IMG/VR virus record: IMGVR_UViG_3300037010_002464
Reading direction: 5' to 3' (one strand)
Source of the DNA: a virus
DNA: 64,000 nt
Below, one piece after another: positions 1 through 10,781 of the stretch. The stretch's first letter is position 1; every line of letters begins with the position of its first letter. The notes below the pieces were generated by a model. It saw only the letters and a list, made by a program, of their open reading frames with translations, had not been told where the DNA came from and did no database searches. The position numbers were made by a program, and so were the translations under genes.

Positions 1-2
1 AT

Positions 3-152
3 GACTATGACGGTCAGTTCGAGCATGACGTGTTCGGCGACTTCGTAGTCGGCGCGCGAGCAAACAACACGCTGATCACTCGTAAGCCGGTCCAGCCGCT
101 TGAAGTTGATCACCACAACACGCCGCTGAAGCGGCCTAGCAGGAGAGGTTGA
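3..152 (+). CDS. 3' end of a gene entering the window (unknown product)
   Basis: Open frame DYDGQFEH...KRPSRRG ends at TGA 150-152, overlapping the next ATG at 152. Confidence 0.6.
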   Translation, partial: DYDGQFEHDVFGDFVVGARANNTLITRKPVQPLEVDHHNTPLKRPSRRG

Positions 153-1111
153 TGGACGACGACATCATCACCGAAAATGAAGAGCCGGTAGTTATTACCG
201 GCAAGCGCTCCAACCTGCCTGACTACAAGATCCGCTTGTCCGGCCCCGGCGGCGACGTGGTGTTTGAAGCTAGCGCGCCGCTGTCTGAGTCACGGCAAGC
301 TGGCTATGAAGGCTACGGCATCATCCACCTGCCCACGGCCTTGGTTAGCTACAAGCAGACCTCGAGCCGGACCTTTGCCATCACAGGCAAGCTCATCTCG
401 CGAACCACGGATGAGGCGACACAGAATGCGCGTAACCTTGACCTGATCCGCCGTTGGATCCTGCCTGACTTTGGGGGCACGGGCGCCACGCCGCCGATCC
501 TGACAATCTATGGCTACCGCAATGACAACATTGACGGGCGGCGCGTCGTCCTCCGTCAGTACGGCTGGAACTTCCCTGAGGAGGTTGACTACATCTTCAC
601 TGGAGAGCAGCCGATGCCAATCATCGGCCAGCTTGACGTAACCGTTGAGGAGGTGTACTCGGCAGCAGAGGTGACAGCTGGGGCCTGGCGCCTTAGCTTG
701 GGCGGCGAAGGCGAGTTCTCCAAGAGCCAGAATGAGAGCTCAAGCTCGTTCGAGCTTACGGGCAACGGCTACGGTCGAACTGATCCGCTGCGGACCTCTC
801 TTCCTAGCGCGAGCAACATTACCTCCGTGATGTCGGCTTTAGGGGGTGGCAAGGTCACAGTGCCAGGCGTGATCGCCGGCACGATCGCTCGGACGCTGGG
901 AACAGCCGCCCTAAATAGTCCCGCGGTCAGGGCGATTACAAACAGCTTGCCTCCGGTGCTGAAGAACATCTTCGTGTCAGGCGCCAACGTAGCGGTTAGC
1001 GAAGTAGGCAAGACCGTCACCAAAAGCGTGTCAACCGTCACACAACCTAGCTCGACATCAGCCTTCGGCCGTGACACGCCCCTGGTGCCGCCCGGCCCCG
1101 TAGGAGATTAA
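152..1111 (+). CDS. Baseplate/tail-tube initiator-like protein (gp48/gp54-like)
   Basis: SRTFAITGKL...GATPPILTIYGY motif resembles contractile-tail tube initiators; first gene of the baseplate cluster. Confidence 0.6.
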   Translation: MDDDIITENEEPVVITGKRSNLPDYKIRLSGPGGDVVFEASAPLSESRQAGYEGYGIIHLPTALVSYKQTSSRTFAITGKLISRTTDEATQNARNLDLIRRWILPDFGGTGATPPILTIYGYRNDNIDGRRVVLRQYGWNFPEEVDYIFTGEQPMPIIGQLDVTVEEVYSAAEVTAGAWRLSLGGEGEFSKSQNESSSSFELTGNGYGRTDPLRTSLPSASNITSVMSALGGGKVTVPGVIAGTIARTLGTAALNSPAVRAITNSLPPVLKNIFVSGANVAVSEVGKTVTKSVSTVTQPSSTSAFGRDTPLVPPGPVGD

Positions 1112-1477
1112 ATGGCTGACTATACCGTCAAGGACTCGACATACAACCAACGCAACGGCCGCTATACCCGCGGCGGCGTGACGGAGGTCTCGGCTCGCTT
1201 TGTCGAGTGGTGGGAGAGAGTCGACAACGCCCATGACCTCTCGGACGTCATCTACGTGCTCGAAGAGAAGTATGTCGGGCGGCCTGACCTGCTCGCCTTT
1301 GCCTTCTACGGCGATACACGTTTAAGCTGGCTCATCATGCAGTACAATGATATCCTCGACCCGCTTGAGTTGGTGACGGGTTATATGTTGCTCATGCCGT
1401 CAAAGGACAAGGTTACTTCAGCCTTCGGCGTCACCAAGGTCGGCGGCGTGCCTACAACAGCGGTGGGAAGCATCTAA
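1112..1477 (+). CDS. Baseplate wedge protein, gp53/LysM-like
   Basis: GRPDLLAFAFYGDTRLSWLIMQYN is the typical gp53/LysM signature. Confidence 0.8.
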   Translation: MADYTVKDSTYNQRNGRYTRGGVTEVSARFVEWWERVDNAHDLSDVIYVLEEKYVGRPDLLAFAFYGDTRLSWLIMQYNDILDPLELVTGYMLLMPSKDKVTSAFGVTKVGGVPTTAVGSI

Positions 1478-3132
1478 TGTCAGTGCCGGCTAATCCGCTC
1501 GATGTGTACGTCACGTACACCTACCACTTCGAGCTGCATGCTCATCCCAGCTGGGATAAGCTGCAGGACCTAACCACGAAGGATGAGAACAAGTCCACCG
1601 ACAGCTTCACGCCTAACGGCACGTTGCTGATTAACACGCGAAAGGACGCTCATCAGTCAATTGACGACGTGCACTTTGTAGCACAGTCTGAGGCTTCGGC
1701 TAAGACCGAAATGCTGATCCCTTACGGCGCGCTATCAATGACAGTCACTGAGCCAGGCGGGTTCTCCTTCATCGAGAAGCTGAGCGCAATGCGCAGTAAC
1801 TATCAGGTAACAGCCGCTGCCACTGACAGCTTGAAGTTCGTGCTAAAGATCTTCTTTGTCGGTCGAAAGGTTGACAACACGATCGAGACTATCACGGCTA
1901 AGCTGATTCCCATGGTCATGCAGCCCAATGTAACGGCTACCTTCTCAGAGATGGGTGGCAAGTATGGCCTGACCTTTACGACGGCAGCGACGCTAGGCTT
2001 GACAGATGACCCGTTCTCCGGCGCGGCGATGAACTACGCTTACACGAAGCGCGCTGTCTCCTTTAGCGCAGGCACGGTTGAGGAGGCATTGAGCAATCTC
2101 GAGAAGAGGCTCAATGAGGGCTACGGCCAGATCTATAAGACCGAAGGCACCACGGATCAAGGCCGCCCGCTCGTCTACAAGATCACATGGGACCCGGATA
2201 TCAAGGGTGCGATCGAGACGCTTAACAAGAACTCAAATGCGCCGGGTGAGAAGAGCCAGTTTACCTCGAACCCTCAGCTGCAGATTGGCTCCTTTATCCA
2301 AAAGATCCTGCAAGCCTCTCCCAAGCTACAGCAGAAGATCGGCGAATCAAAGCCAGGCCTCCAAAAGGAGGGCCATCCGAACATCTTCATCCCGTTGATT
2401 CAGCCTCGTGTCGTTTACAAGGATGACCAGGTGCTGATCCACTATCACATCGCTGTCAACAAGGGTGGCATGCAGAAGTCGTGGGTGTTTGACTACTACT
2501 TTGCTGAAGCCGGCAAAAATGTCGACATCACCTCATACGAGGTCAAGTTCCAAAATGTAGGAGCGTGGACTCCCGTCAAGATTGAAAGCGGCTTTGACTA
2601 CACGTTCAACCAGAGCGCGAACATGCCCAAGGATCGGCCTCGTGTTTACAGCGAGAGCATCGTTACAGATGACACGACGCAGAACGGCACCACAGTCGAA
2701 GTCCAACGCTCGACTCTTGGCTTTCAAAAGAATGATGTACGGATGCCGCCCCGTGTCACGGCTAATGACCGAATCGGCTACACAAATGCGCCTTATAGCG
2801 CCACGCCGTCTTATCGGCTCGCGTCCGACGCCATCGGCGACTTCCAAACCTCGATCTCGTTCCAACAGCAGTTTGAGATTCGAGGTAACCTTGACCTCCT
2901 TGACTGTACGGCTTACTATCCGGACGGCAGCGTAGTCGGCGACCTGTACGGTGGAAAGAACGTGTGGGTCAAGGTTAACATCTGGATGTTGGACCCTCGA
3001 GCACCGGGTGGCAAGCGCCAATTTTACTACACCAACTACTACAAAGTCATCACGGTTGAAAATGTCTTCTCAGGCGGACAGTTCAAGCAGCATTTGACGG
3101 TGGCAGCGGTTCCTGAAGCAGAGAACAAATGA
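1477..3132 (+). CDS. Baseplate hub protein (gp27-like)
   Basis: NPLD.Y.TYTY start, C-terminal IRGN and YKVITVENVFSGGQFKQHL; lies between gp53 and the spike gene. Confidence 0.65.
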   Translation: MSVPANPLDVYVTYTYHFELHAHPSWDKLQDLTTKDENKSTDSFTPNGTLLINTRKDAHQSIDDVHFVAQSEASAKTEMLIPYGALSMTVTEPGGFSFIEKLSAMRSNYQVTAAATDSLKFVLKIFFVGRKVDNTIETITAKLIPMVMQPNVTATFSEMGGKYGLTFTTAATLGLTDDPFSGAAMNYAYTKRAVSFSAGTVEEALSNLEKRLNEGYGQIYKTEGTTDQGRPLVYKITWDPDIKGAIETLNKNSNAPGEKSQFTSNPQLQIGSFIQKILQASPKLQQKIGESKPGLQKEGHPNIFIPLIQPRVVYKDDQVLIHYHIAVNKGGMQKSWVFDYYFAEAGKNVDITSYEVKFQNVGAWTPVKIESGFDYTFNQSANMPKDRPRVYSESIVTDDTTQNGTTVEVQRSTLGFQKNDVRMPPRVTANDRIGYTNAPYSATPSYRLASDAIGDFQTSISFQQQFEIRGNLDLLDCTAYYPDGSVVGDLYGGKNVWVKVNIWMLDPRAPGGKRQFYYTNYYKVITVENVFSGGQFKQHLTVAAVPEAENK

Positions 3133-4640
3133 AAGAGATCAACCACGGCGCCTCAGGCATTCCGGGCTACGGCAAGCAGTACGGCATGACCTTAGGCATT
3201 GTCAAGAATAACGCTGACCCTGCTCAGCAAGGACGGCTGCAAATTTACGTGCCCGCCTATGACGCAAACAGCTTTAATGTCGCTGACTTGCCTTGGGCTA
3301 CATACGTGTCGCCGTTCGGCGGCGTGACAGCCAACTTTGCTGTGGGGCCAGAGGGGGAGACCCTACCAGGCATCTCAGCCTACGGCTTCTGGGCGATCCC
3401 GAAGAACAGCGCCCAGGTGCTGGTCGGTTGCATTGACGGCAACCCTGACAACCGGTTTTGGGTCGGTTGCGTCTACATTCCTGAGCACAACCGGACCTTG
3501 CCTGCAGGCATTGACGGCGTTACGTCTGAGATTGACGAATCGGGTGTCTACCCGCAAAAGGACTTCCCGCACGCGCAAGAGAAGCTTCAGAAGGCAGGCT
3601 TGTGGAAGGGGTCAACCCACTTCAAAACGCGAGGCGGCTATGAGCGATCTGTCAGCCACCCATCTAACAAGAACAACAACAAGCCTACGGACAACGGCTA
3701 TGCGCCTAAGCCTCTCGAGCCAGCTAAAGCTGACTCACAGGCCGTCTCGCTAACCTCGCCTGGCCGGCACATGTTCGTGATGTCGGACGTAGATGAGCAT
3801 TGCCGTATCAGGCTGAAAACCACTAACGGCTCTCAAATCATCCTCGACGACACTAATGAGCGGATCTACATCTCGACGGCTGAAGGTAAGAACTACATCG
3901 AGCTCGACGAAGGTAACGGCAAGATCTACGTCTACTCCGACTCGAAGGTCAGCATTCGAGCCAAGAATGACCTCAACTTGTACTCCGACGAGAACATCAA
4001 CATCGTCGCGAACAAGCGCGTCCACATCAAGAGCGAGGAGCGCTCGGTTCACGTGACCGCCAAGTGCGATGTGACATTAAAGTCTACAAACGCCGACGTG
4101 TTGATCGCTGCAAGCCGTGACCTCAAGCTAAAGACCTTCAACGGCCCTCAAGCGGGCGCTCTCGGAGCTGAGACTGTCCAGACAAGCAACCCGCTCGACG
4201 TGATCTATCGTTGGCCTGAGAAGGGCGGGTCGGGTACGAGCAACATCGAGCTTGATTCAGCCGGCAAGGTCCAGTCGGTGAGCCAGCAAGGCACGTTGCT
4301 AACGGTGCGCGGCAGCGAGGGCTTCAACGTCAAGTCTTCGGGTTCCGTCAACTTGCAGGGCCCAAGTGTCAACCTGGCGTTCCCGAGCGTCAACTGGCAA
4401 AGCGGTGCGAGCATGAACCTCAAGGACACCGACAATAACTCTACCATCGTGGTTACAGGCGGTGCGAGCTCGTCCAGCGCTTACAGCGGTCATAAAGTCC
4501 TCTCTGTGCCGTACATGGGCGAGATGCCTCAGCAGGGCAAAGCAGGCGGCATGGTCAAGCCTGAGCATGAGTCATGGGTGCGTGATGAGGACTCAGCCTT
4601 TGCTAAGAACGAGCCTCGCAATTTTAAATACATTGGATGA
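3129..4640 (+). CDS. Baseplate central spike, gp5/VgrG OB-fold plus beta-helix
   Basis: GIVKNNADPAQQGRLQIYVP OB-fold, repetitive beta-helix segments, C-terminal PEHESW. Confidence 0.85.
   Translation: MKEINHGASGIPGYGKQYGMTLGIVKNNADPAQQGRLQIYVPAYDANSFNVADLPWATYVSPFGGVTANFAVGPEGETLPGISAYGFWAIPKNSAQVLVGCIDGNPDNRFWVGCVYIPEHNRTLPAGIDGVTSEIDESGVYPQKDFPHAQEKLQKAGLWKGSTHFKTRGGYERSVSHPSNKNNNKPTDNGYAPKPLEPAKADSQAVSLTSPGRHMFVMSDVDEHCRIRLKTTNGSQIILDDTNERIYISTAEGKNYIELDEGNGKIYVYSDSKVSIRAKNDLNLYSDENINIVANKRVHIKSEERSVHVTAKCDVTLKSTNADVLIAASRDLKLKTFNGPQAGALGAETVQTSNPLDVIYRWPEKGGSGTSNIELDSAGKVQSVSQQGTLLTVRGSEGFNVKSSGSVNLQGPSVNLAFPSVNWQSGASMNLKDTDNNSTIVVTGGASSSSAYSGHKVLSVPYMGEMPQQGKAGGMVKPEHESWVRDEDSAFAKNEPRNFKYIG
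4625..4630 (+). promoter_or_regulatory. Late promoter box TAAATA
   Basis: 6 nt before ATG 4637; the motif recurs before many genes. Confidence 0.5.
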
Positions 4641-4927
4641 AGCTCGTAGCCATCTTTGAAGATGAACGCCGTACCTTCGTGCTGAAATTTCAGCAGGAGC
4701 TGATTGACCTTGGGTGGGAGGTTGATGTCAAGCACCTAGGTGGCAACAAGTTCAAGCTCTCTGTGAGCAGGGATGAGCGGGCTCCTATGCTGCTATACGC
4801 CTTCAAGTACAACGAGCGAGAATGCATCGTTAGAAACGTCATCGATGACCGTACTCGAAGCTTCCACTCGGTCTATTTTTACAGCGGCCAAGAGTTTGCT
4901 GACTACGCACATGGGCATAACTTATGA
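4637..4927 (+). CDS. Small QQ-helix family protein
   Basis: MKLVAIFEDERRTFVLKFQQELID; ATGA overlaps on both sides. Confidence 0.75.
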   Translation: MKLVAIFEDERRTFVLKFQQELIDLGWEVDVKHLGGNKFKLSVSRDERAPMLLYAFKYNERECIVRNVIDDRTRSFHSVYFYSGQEFADYAHGHNL

Positions 4928-5301
4928 GCCAGTACAAGTTCTACCGTGGGTTCAGCACCAAAGGCTACGAGAATGTCGGCAAAGGCTTCACCCTCTACAA
5001 CGTCGAGCTGATCCAAGAGGACCTCTTCAACGAGTTGTTCACCGTCAAGGGTGAGCGAATCATGCAGCCTGACTTCGGCACGCGCATCCCGTTACTGGTC
5101 TTCGAGCCGAACGACACCGTCACCGCGGACATCTTGAAGGAGGACGTGCTGAAGGTCATCAACGGTGACCCCCGCGTGCGGCTGCAAGAGTGCGACATCA
5201 TCTCGGACATGGACAACCACCGGCTTATCTGCGTGGCTAAGATCCAATACATCGAGTTCAATGTCACTAAGGACTTGAGGATCGAGGTGGGTTCGCGATG
5301 A
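4924..5301 (+). CDS. Baseplate wedge protein gp25-like
   Basis: KGERIMQPDFGTRIPLLVFEP and DPRV motifs. Confidence 0.9.
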   Translation: MSQYKFYRGFSTKGYENVGKGFTLYNVELIQEDLFNELFTVKGERIMQPDFGTRIPLLVFEPNDTVTADILKEDVLKVINGDPRVRLQECDIISDMDNHRLICVAKIQYIEFNVTKDLRIEVGSR

Positions 5302-5966
5302 AGCTGCAGTCACTGCTTGAAGAAACTGATCGGTCAGCCATCCTAAAGGCTCAGCAAGAACTCGTCGAGCTCTTGCCTGAGAGTGACATTCGAATCGTCA
5401 AGATTGACCCAACGCAAGGCTATTGGAAAGAGGTCAACGATAAGGATGTAGGTCAGCCGCTGTCTAACATGGCCTTATGCATCGACAACAAGATAACCGT
5501 CGCGATGTTTTATTGGGACACGAATGCGGCTAGCGGCCGTGGATTTTGCAATGACGTAAATGAGTTTATGACGATGCAGCCATTGGCTAACTGGGTGGAG
5601 CAGCAACAAGAGCTTAAAGAGAGCGCCCGGTCAGAAGCGCTAGAATTTCAACAGTACCTCATTGATGAGGACTACGAGACAAAGCTTCAAGCGTCAAAGT
5701 GGGTGATGCGGCACAACTACGGGCCAACCGTCATTAAGCATCAAGAGACTGATGTTGAGGGCGGTATCCTGTTGCTCGCAAGAAAAGAGTCGGACAACCA
5801 TTGGACGACTGCTTACCATTTCCCAGACGATATGAGCATGGGCGTTGCCATGTATGTCGATGATCCAGGCAACAAGCACAAGAAAGTGGCCGGGCATACC
5901 AACTTTATCCACAGCGTCACGCTGAAGCCAGGAACAAATCTTAAGCGTTGGGCGATGCCAGCATGA
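5298..5966 (+). CDS. QQ-helix family protein, two units
   Basis: MKLQSLLEE...ILKAQQELVE; internal ALEFQQYLIDEDYE. Confidence 0.75.
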   Translation: MKLQSLLEETDRSAILKAQQELVELLPESDIRIVKIDPTQGYWKEVNDKDVGQPLSNMALCIDNKITVAMFYWDTNAASGRGFCNDVNEFMTMQPLANWVEQQQELKESARSEALEFQQYLIDEDYETKLQASKWVMRHNYGPTVIKHQETDVEGGILLLARKESDNHWTTAYHFPDDMSMGVAMYVDDPGNKHKKVAGHTNFIHSVTLKPGTNLKRWAMPA

Positions 5967-6733
5967 AGCTACTTGAACTGCTCGATACAGGCCCTAGCGC
6001 CCATACAACCCTGTCTCGCTTCGCTAAGGAGCTCGAGGCAAAGGGCTTCGAGGCCGAAGTCAAGTCCAGCTCAAAACCCGGAATTATAAACCGCTCGAAG
6101 CTTTGCATCGTGGTCAAGGGCTATGGGCTCAGGGACGTGATCAAGCTCTACAAGCCGCTGTTTGGCTGGGAGGACACGAGCACCTACTTCGTTGACTCGA
6201 AGCATGAGAAGAAGTTCCGGACCGTGCAGGAGCTTGTGGCTGTGCTGAAGGACAAGTACAAGCGCTTGCCTAAGTGCCTCTCCTACGTGCCGCCCGTGGT
6301 CAAGGAGGATGAAGGTGTCGTGCCAATAAAGCGGCGCATCTTGAAGTTTCAGCAGGACCTCGAGAACCTTGACTACGAGACTGTCAGCAACATCATCAAG
6401 ACCAAAGGTGTTTCCGCAGACGGCGCAACAACAGACAGGTTTGTGTTTGTCCTTGCGCCTGTGGATGATGGTCATCGGTTCTCTACCCTCTACCAGAAAG
6501 TCGTCATCATCATTGATGACCAGGACTCGTTGATGGTTCCCGGTCGTCAACCTCGCTCCAAGGTCGAGCAGCTTGTTAACGTAGAGATCTTCCACTGGGG
6601 CGAGACGTATGAGGAGCTGCTTAAGCGTGACTGGACGAAGCACTACCCTAAGCGCCCAATCTTCATCGAAGATGAAGCCGTGACTGGCAGGCAAGAGTCG
6701 CTTGACAACGCAATTGCCTACCTGACTAAATAA
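5963..6733 (+). CDS. QQ-helix family protein, two units
   Basis: Start reassigned to ATG 5963 (ATGA overlap): MKLLELLD; internal RRILKFQQDLENLDYE. Confidence 0.7.
   Translation: MKLLELLDTGPSAHTTLSRFAKELEAKGFEAEVKSSSKPGIINRSKLCIVVKGYGLRDVIKLYKPLFGWEDTSTYFVDSKHEKKFRTVQELVAVLKDKYKRLPKCLSYVPPVVKEDEGVVPIKRRILKFQQDLENLDYETVSNIIKTKGVSADGATTDRFVFVLAPVDDGHRFSTLYQKVVIIIDDQDSLMVPGRQPRSKVEQLVNVEIFHWGETYEELLKRDWTKHYPKRPIFIEDEAVTGRQESLDNAIAYLTK
6727..6732 (+). promoter_or_regulatory. Late promoter box TAAATA
   Basis: Overlaps the upstream stop; 6 nt before the gp6 ATG. Confidence 0.65.
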
Positions 6734-6738
6734 GCCCT

Positions 6739-9700
6739 ATGACTAACACACTCTTGTACGCAGCTGAGAGCTGGGATAAAGTCTATAAGGCTTTTGAGCA
6801 GATTAACTTCACCGCGTACGATTTCGATGCGGTCAAGCAGTCCCTGCTTGACTACCTGAAGCTGAACTATCCCGAGAACTTCAATGACTACATTGACAGC
6901 TCGGAGCTGGTAGCCATCATCGACCTGTTTGCCTATGTCGCCGAGCAGCACGCTTACCGTGTCGACATGGCTGCACATGAGAACATGCTGCCGACGGCCC
7001 GCCGGAAGCAGAATATCCTTCGCCTCGCCAACCTCGTCTCCTACTCAGCGTCACGTAACCTGCCGCTGCGTGGCTTTGTTAAGCTGACGTCTGTTGCATG
7101 CTCAGAGAACCTGGTCGACTCGCAAGGCAATAGCCTGACCAACAAGGTTGTCAAGTGGGCTGACCCGAACAATCCGCTGTGGCGTGAGCAGTTCCAGCTC
7201 GTCATGAACCGCCTGCTGGCTACTCAGCTTGGCGCGCCGTTTAAGTCGACACAGGTTGATGACATGATCATCCAGCAGTATGAGCTGCTGAACCTGCTCG
7301 AAGCTGAAGCCGACGGCACCTCCTTTGAGAACGGCACCCTGCCATTGTCTGTGAACGTCAACGGTCAAGAGCTCAAGTTTGAGCTGGTACCTGCCGACGT
7401 GGACGATTCCGGCGTCTTCGAGCGCAGCCCTGACCCGAATCAGCACTTCTCGCTTGTCTACAGCGATGATGGCTACGGTGACTCGTCAGACATGACCGGC
7501 TTCCTGATGTACTTGAAGCAAGGCGTCCTGCAGAAGCTGCCGTACACCTTCACCGACCTCCAGCCGAACCGTGTCATCGACGTTGACCTGCCGAATATCA
7601 ACGACGTTGACGTGTGGCTGCATGAGGTCGACACCGCAGGCAACATCCTCTACGAGTGGGAGCAGGTAGATGCCGTTAACGGCTCGAACCTTGCCTTCAA
7701 CACGATCAGCAACCAGAAGAAGTTCGAGGTCGAGACGCGCGAGCGTGACCAGATCCGGCTCGTCTTCGGCTCGGGCGACTATGCTGCGATCCCGCTCGGC
7801 TCGTTCAACATCTGGACTCGCACGTCTACCAGTGGTAGCCTGACGGTCTCAAAGACCGACATCGTTGACAGCTCGACTACCTTCGTCTACAACTCGAAGC
7901 AGGGCCGCCGTGAGACCTGCACGTTGACCTTCTCGTTGACAGCCGCGCTGCAAAACTCGGCCGACTCTGAGGACTTCGAGCATATCAAGCAAGCGGCTCC
8001 TGGTAACTTCTACACCCAGGACCGCATGGTCAACGGGCAGGATTACAACAACTTCCTGCTGCAAGACCCGTCTATCCTCAAGCTGAAGGCTGTCAATCGG
8101 ACCTTTGCCGGTCAGCCGAAGTACATCGAGTGGAATGACGCCTCCACCAAGTACCAGAACATCAAGCTGTTCGGTGATGACGGCCGCATCTTCTTTGACA
8201 TCGGAGCTGAAGCTACCTCCTACAAGGTATCGGCTCGGACGTTCATCGATCAGGTTCTCGAACCTGCGCTCTCAGAGCCAGGCATCTACAACCTAATCAG
8301 CTACGCTTTTAGCCAGTCGTCATTCCCGCTGTCTGACGCTTACATCCGGCCGCGCGTCTCTTTCATCGAGGACTATAGCCTAGGCTTGCAAGAGAAGACG
8401 GTCATCCAGGGCGCGCTCGACAGGCACTGGTACGGCGAGCCTGAACGGCTGGTCTACCTGGGCCCTGACCTGACTGAGACCACGCCGCCTCAGTCCGTCT
8501 TCGGCGTAGTCAACGCTGACAGCGACAAGCGGGTCTATGACTCAGCCCTGAAGCTCGTTACCTATGCATCGAGCGCGTACAGCTTAGCTCCGTGGCCAGG
8601 TGCGGTCTCGAGCGTTCAAAACTTTGTCAGCCGTCAGCGGCGCTTTGGCGTCAAGTTTGTGCCCGACCGTCCGTTCGCTTCGGCGCTCGTCATCAACCCG
8701 GCCAACGCTGTCAACGTGACCTCGACTGACTTCCTCACGGCGGCAAACATCTCACAAAGCGGCTTGGAGGATGTGTACACGATCGAAATCATCGATGCTG
8801 ACGTGGGTACATTCAGCGTTTACAGCAAGAAGCGCGGATTACAGCCGTCAGGCGTTGTAGGCGAAGCTTACTCGAACGGCTATATCAGCTTCGTTCTCGG
8901 AATCCCGAACGGCCAGTCAACTACCTTGGTAGTTGGTGACGCCTTCATCATCAAGCTGGAACGCGACTCGTTCACGGTCATGATGCCGACCATCTATAAG
9001 AAGAACTTGCTGGGCAAGTTCGAGCTGATCAACGAAGCTTCGCTCTCGGCCAACGCTGAAGCGCTGCCGTATGACGTGTCCGACTCCGTCAAGAGCTGGA
9101 TCATGATTGTTGAGCGCGTCGACGCGGCTGACGGCTCGCTTGACTCGTGGCGGCTGACTCGTCGTAACTACAAGCTGGCCCTTGAAAGCCCGACTTCAAA
9201 GTTCTGGTTCAGCCCAGGCACCTACCTCGTTGACCCTGAGACGAAGAAGCGCGTGTTTGACACCGTTAAGCTGCTGAAGTCCAACATGACCGCGGACGGC
9301 ACCGCAGCCCTGGGCGTGGACCAAAAGTACATGACTGTCGGCTCGTTCATCAACGCTGACGGTTCTACCAATGACTCAGCGCTGCTGCTAACGCCTACCG
9401 TGCTTGACGAAGCCGCTGCAGCTGCGGACGGCAGGCCGTATGCGTCCTTCCTCTTCCTCGACTTCGTTGCGGACAACAGCTACGTGTACTTCACCGCGGA
9501 CAGCGTGACCGGCAAGCTTACGCCTGCACCGAAGACCGCTTACCTGCAGAGCCTGACGTACGTCAATGACACCGCAGGCAGCATCGTGCGGAAGCGCGGC
9601 CGTGAGGCTCTCGACTTTGTCTGGATCCACTATGCGGCTCAAGAGAGCTTGATTGACCCAGCGCCGTCCAACATCATCGACATGTTTGTGCTGACGCGTG

Positions 9701-10218
9701 GCTACTACTCGCGCCTTGTGGACTATGTGCGAGGCACGTCAACCGTAGAGCCGGTACCGCCAACTCCGTTCGAGCTGCGCGCTACCTACCGCGGCCTGCT
9801 GACAAACAAGATGATCTCGGATACGACGATCCTTCACCCAGCTAAGGTCAAGCTGCTGTTCGGCTCGAAGGCGCTGCCTGAGCTTCGCGCAAAGGTCAAG
9901 CTAGTCAAGACGGCAAGCTCGCGCTTGGCAAATGACCAGCTACGTCTAAAGGTGCTCGACATCGTCAACAACTTCTTCTCGATCGACAACCTGGACTTCA
10001 GCTCGAGCTTCTACGCCACGAGCCTGATTTCGGTCATCCATAAGGAGCTGCCGCTTGATGTTGCGGCTGCGGTGTTGGTGCCTGAGTTCCCGACCAACTA
10101 CTACGGCGACCTGCAGCAGATCTCGGCCGGCGAGGATGAGGTTCTCGTCTCGGCTCTTGAGCTGAAGGACGTTGTCGTTGTAGAGGGCCTTGACCGTGCA
10201 ACGCTGAGGCAGAAGTAA
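6739..10218 (+). CDS. Baseplate wedge protein gp6-like
   Basis: FTAYDFDAVKQSLLDYLK...ENFNDYI, TARRKQNILRLA, QDRMVNGQDY, DPAPSNIIDMFVLT, KMISD motifs. Confidence 0.9.
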   Translation: MTNTLLYAAESWDKVYKAFEQINFTAYDFDAVKQSLLDYLKLNYPENFNDYIDSSELVAIIDLFAYVAEQHAYRVDMAAHENMLPTARRKQNILRLANLVSYSASRNLPLRGFVKLTSVACSENLVDSQGNSLTNKVVKWADPNNPLWREQFQLVMNRLLATQLGAPFKSTQVDDMIIQQYELLNLLEAEADGTSFENGTLPLSVNVNGQELKFELVPADVDDSGVFERSPDPNQHFSLVYSDDGYGDSSDMTGFLMYLKQGVLQKLPYTFTDLQPNRVIDVDLPNINDVDVWLHEVDTAGNILYEWEQVDAVNGSNLAFNTISNQKKFEVETRERDQIRLVFGSGDYAAIPLGSFNIWTRTSTSGSLTVSKTDIVDSSTTFVYNSKQGRRETCTLTFSLTAALQNSADSEDFEHIKQAAPGNFYTQDRMVNGQDYNNFLLQDPSILKLKAVNRTFAGQPKYIEWNDASTKYQNIKLFGDDGRIFFDIGAEATSYKVSARTFIDQVLEPALSEPGIYNLISYAFSQSSFPLSDAYIRPRVSFIEDYSLGLQEKTVIQGALDRHWYGEPERLVYLGPDLTETTPPQSVFGVVNADSDKRVYDSALKLVTYASSAYSLAPWPGAVSSVQNFVSRQRRFGVKFVPDRPFASALVINPANAVNVTSTDFLTAANISQSGLEDVYTIEIIDADVGTFSVYSKKRGLQPSGVVGEAYSNGYISFVLGIPNGQSTTLVVGDAFIIKLERDSFTVMMPTIYKKNLLGKFELINEASLSANAEALPYDVSDSVKSWIMIVERVDAADGSLDSWRLTRRNYKLALESPTSKFWFSPGTYLVDPETKKRVFDTVKLLKSNMTADGTAALGVDQKYMTVGSFINADGSTNDSALLLTPTVLDEAAAAADGRPYASFLFLDFVADNSYVYFTADSVTGKLTPAPKTAYLQSLTYVNDTAGSIVRKRGREALDFVWIHYAAQESLIDPAPSNIIDMFVLTRGYYSRLVDYVRGTSTVEPVPPTPFELRATYRGLLTNKMISDTTILHPAKVKLLFGSKALPELRAKVKLVKTASSRLANDQLRLKVLDIVNNFFSIDNLDFSSSFYATSLISVIHKELPLDVAAAVLVPEFPTNYYGDLQQISAGEDEVLVSALELKDVVVVEGLDRATLRQK

Positions 10219-10220
10219 GC

Positions 10221-10562
10221 ATGACAGCGACCAGGCGTGACTTGCTCGAGGTACAGCAGGAGCTCATTGAGCGTCTTGACTACCTCGATGTCAAGATGCT
10301 GCTTAACCTCACGCTTCAGCTAACGAGCTCGACTATCAAGCTGCTTGACTGTCGTCTCAAGCTAGTAGAAGTGCTGAAGCCTAAAGACCAGGATGACCCC
10401 AAGGTTTACCTCTTCGTGCTCGGCACGTCTAAGGCTCCGCCAATGGGTACGTTTACTCACACGCTTGCTGAGGTGTTTGACATTCTTAAGACCCTCAGCG
10501 AAAACCTAATGCTCGCGGACCGCAATCAACAGCTAGCCAAACGAGGCATTAGCAAGCTATGA
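10221..10562 (+). CDS. QQ-helix family protein without MKL leader
   Basis: RRDLLEVQQELIERLDY. Confidence 0.65.
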   Translation: MTATRRDLLEVQQELIERLDYLDVKMLLNLTLQLTSSTIKLLDCRLKLVEVLKPKDQDDPKVYLFVLGTSKAPPMGTFTHTLAEVFDILKTLSENLMLADRNQQLAKRGISKL

Positions 10563-10773
10563 AGCTCCAACATCTCCTTGAGTCAATGACCCGTAAGCTC
10601 GCTTTGGCTTTACAACAAGCCTTCATCGAAGACGGAACTGACGTAAAGCTGATGATTGTTCATGGCTTCAGTGCGCTCGCTTTGTCAAATGTGATGACTT
10701 GTATTCAACCGATACAAGCCACGGTGACGTAAAAGGTTGGGCTGAGGGGTTTGTGGACAACTGGAACTCTTAA
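10559..10773 (+). pseudogene. Internally deleted QQ-helix family gene
   Basis: MKLQHLLESMTRKLALALQQAFIEDG stops at 10732; another frame gives HGDVKGWAEGFVDNWNS* (stop 10773), resembling the C-terminus of 12668-13033. Confidence 0.6.
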
Positions 10774-10778
10774 ATAGC
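10771..10778 (+). promoter_or_regulatory. Late promoter box TAAATAGC
   Basis: TAAATA ends 5 nt before ATG 10782. Confidence 0.7.
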
Positions 10779-10781
10779 TCT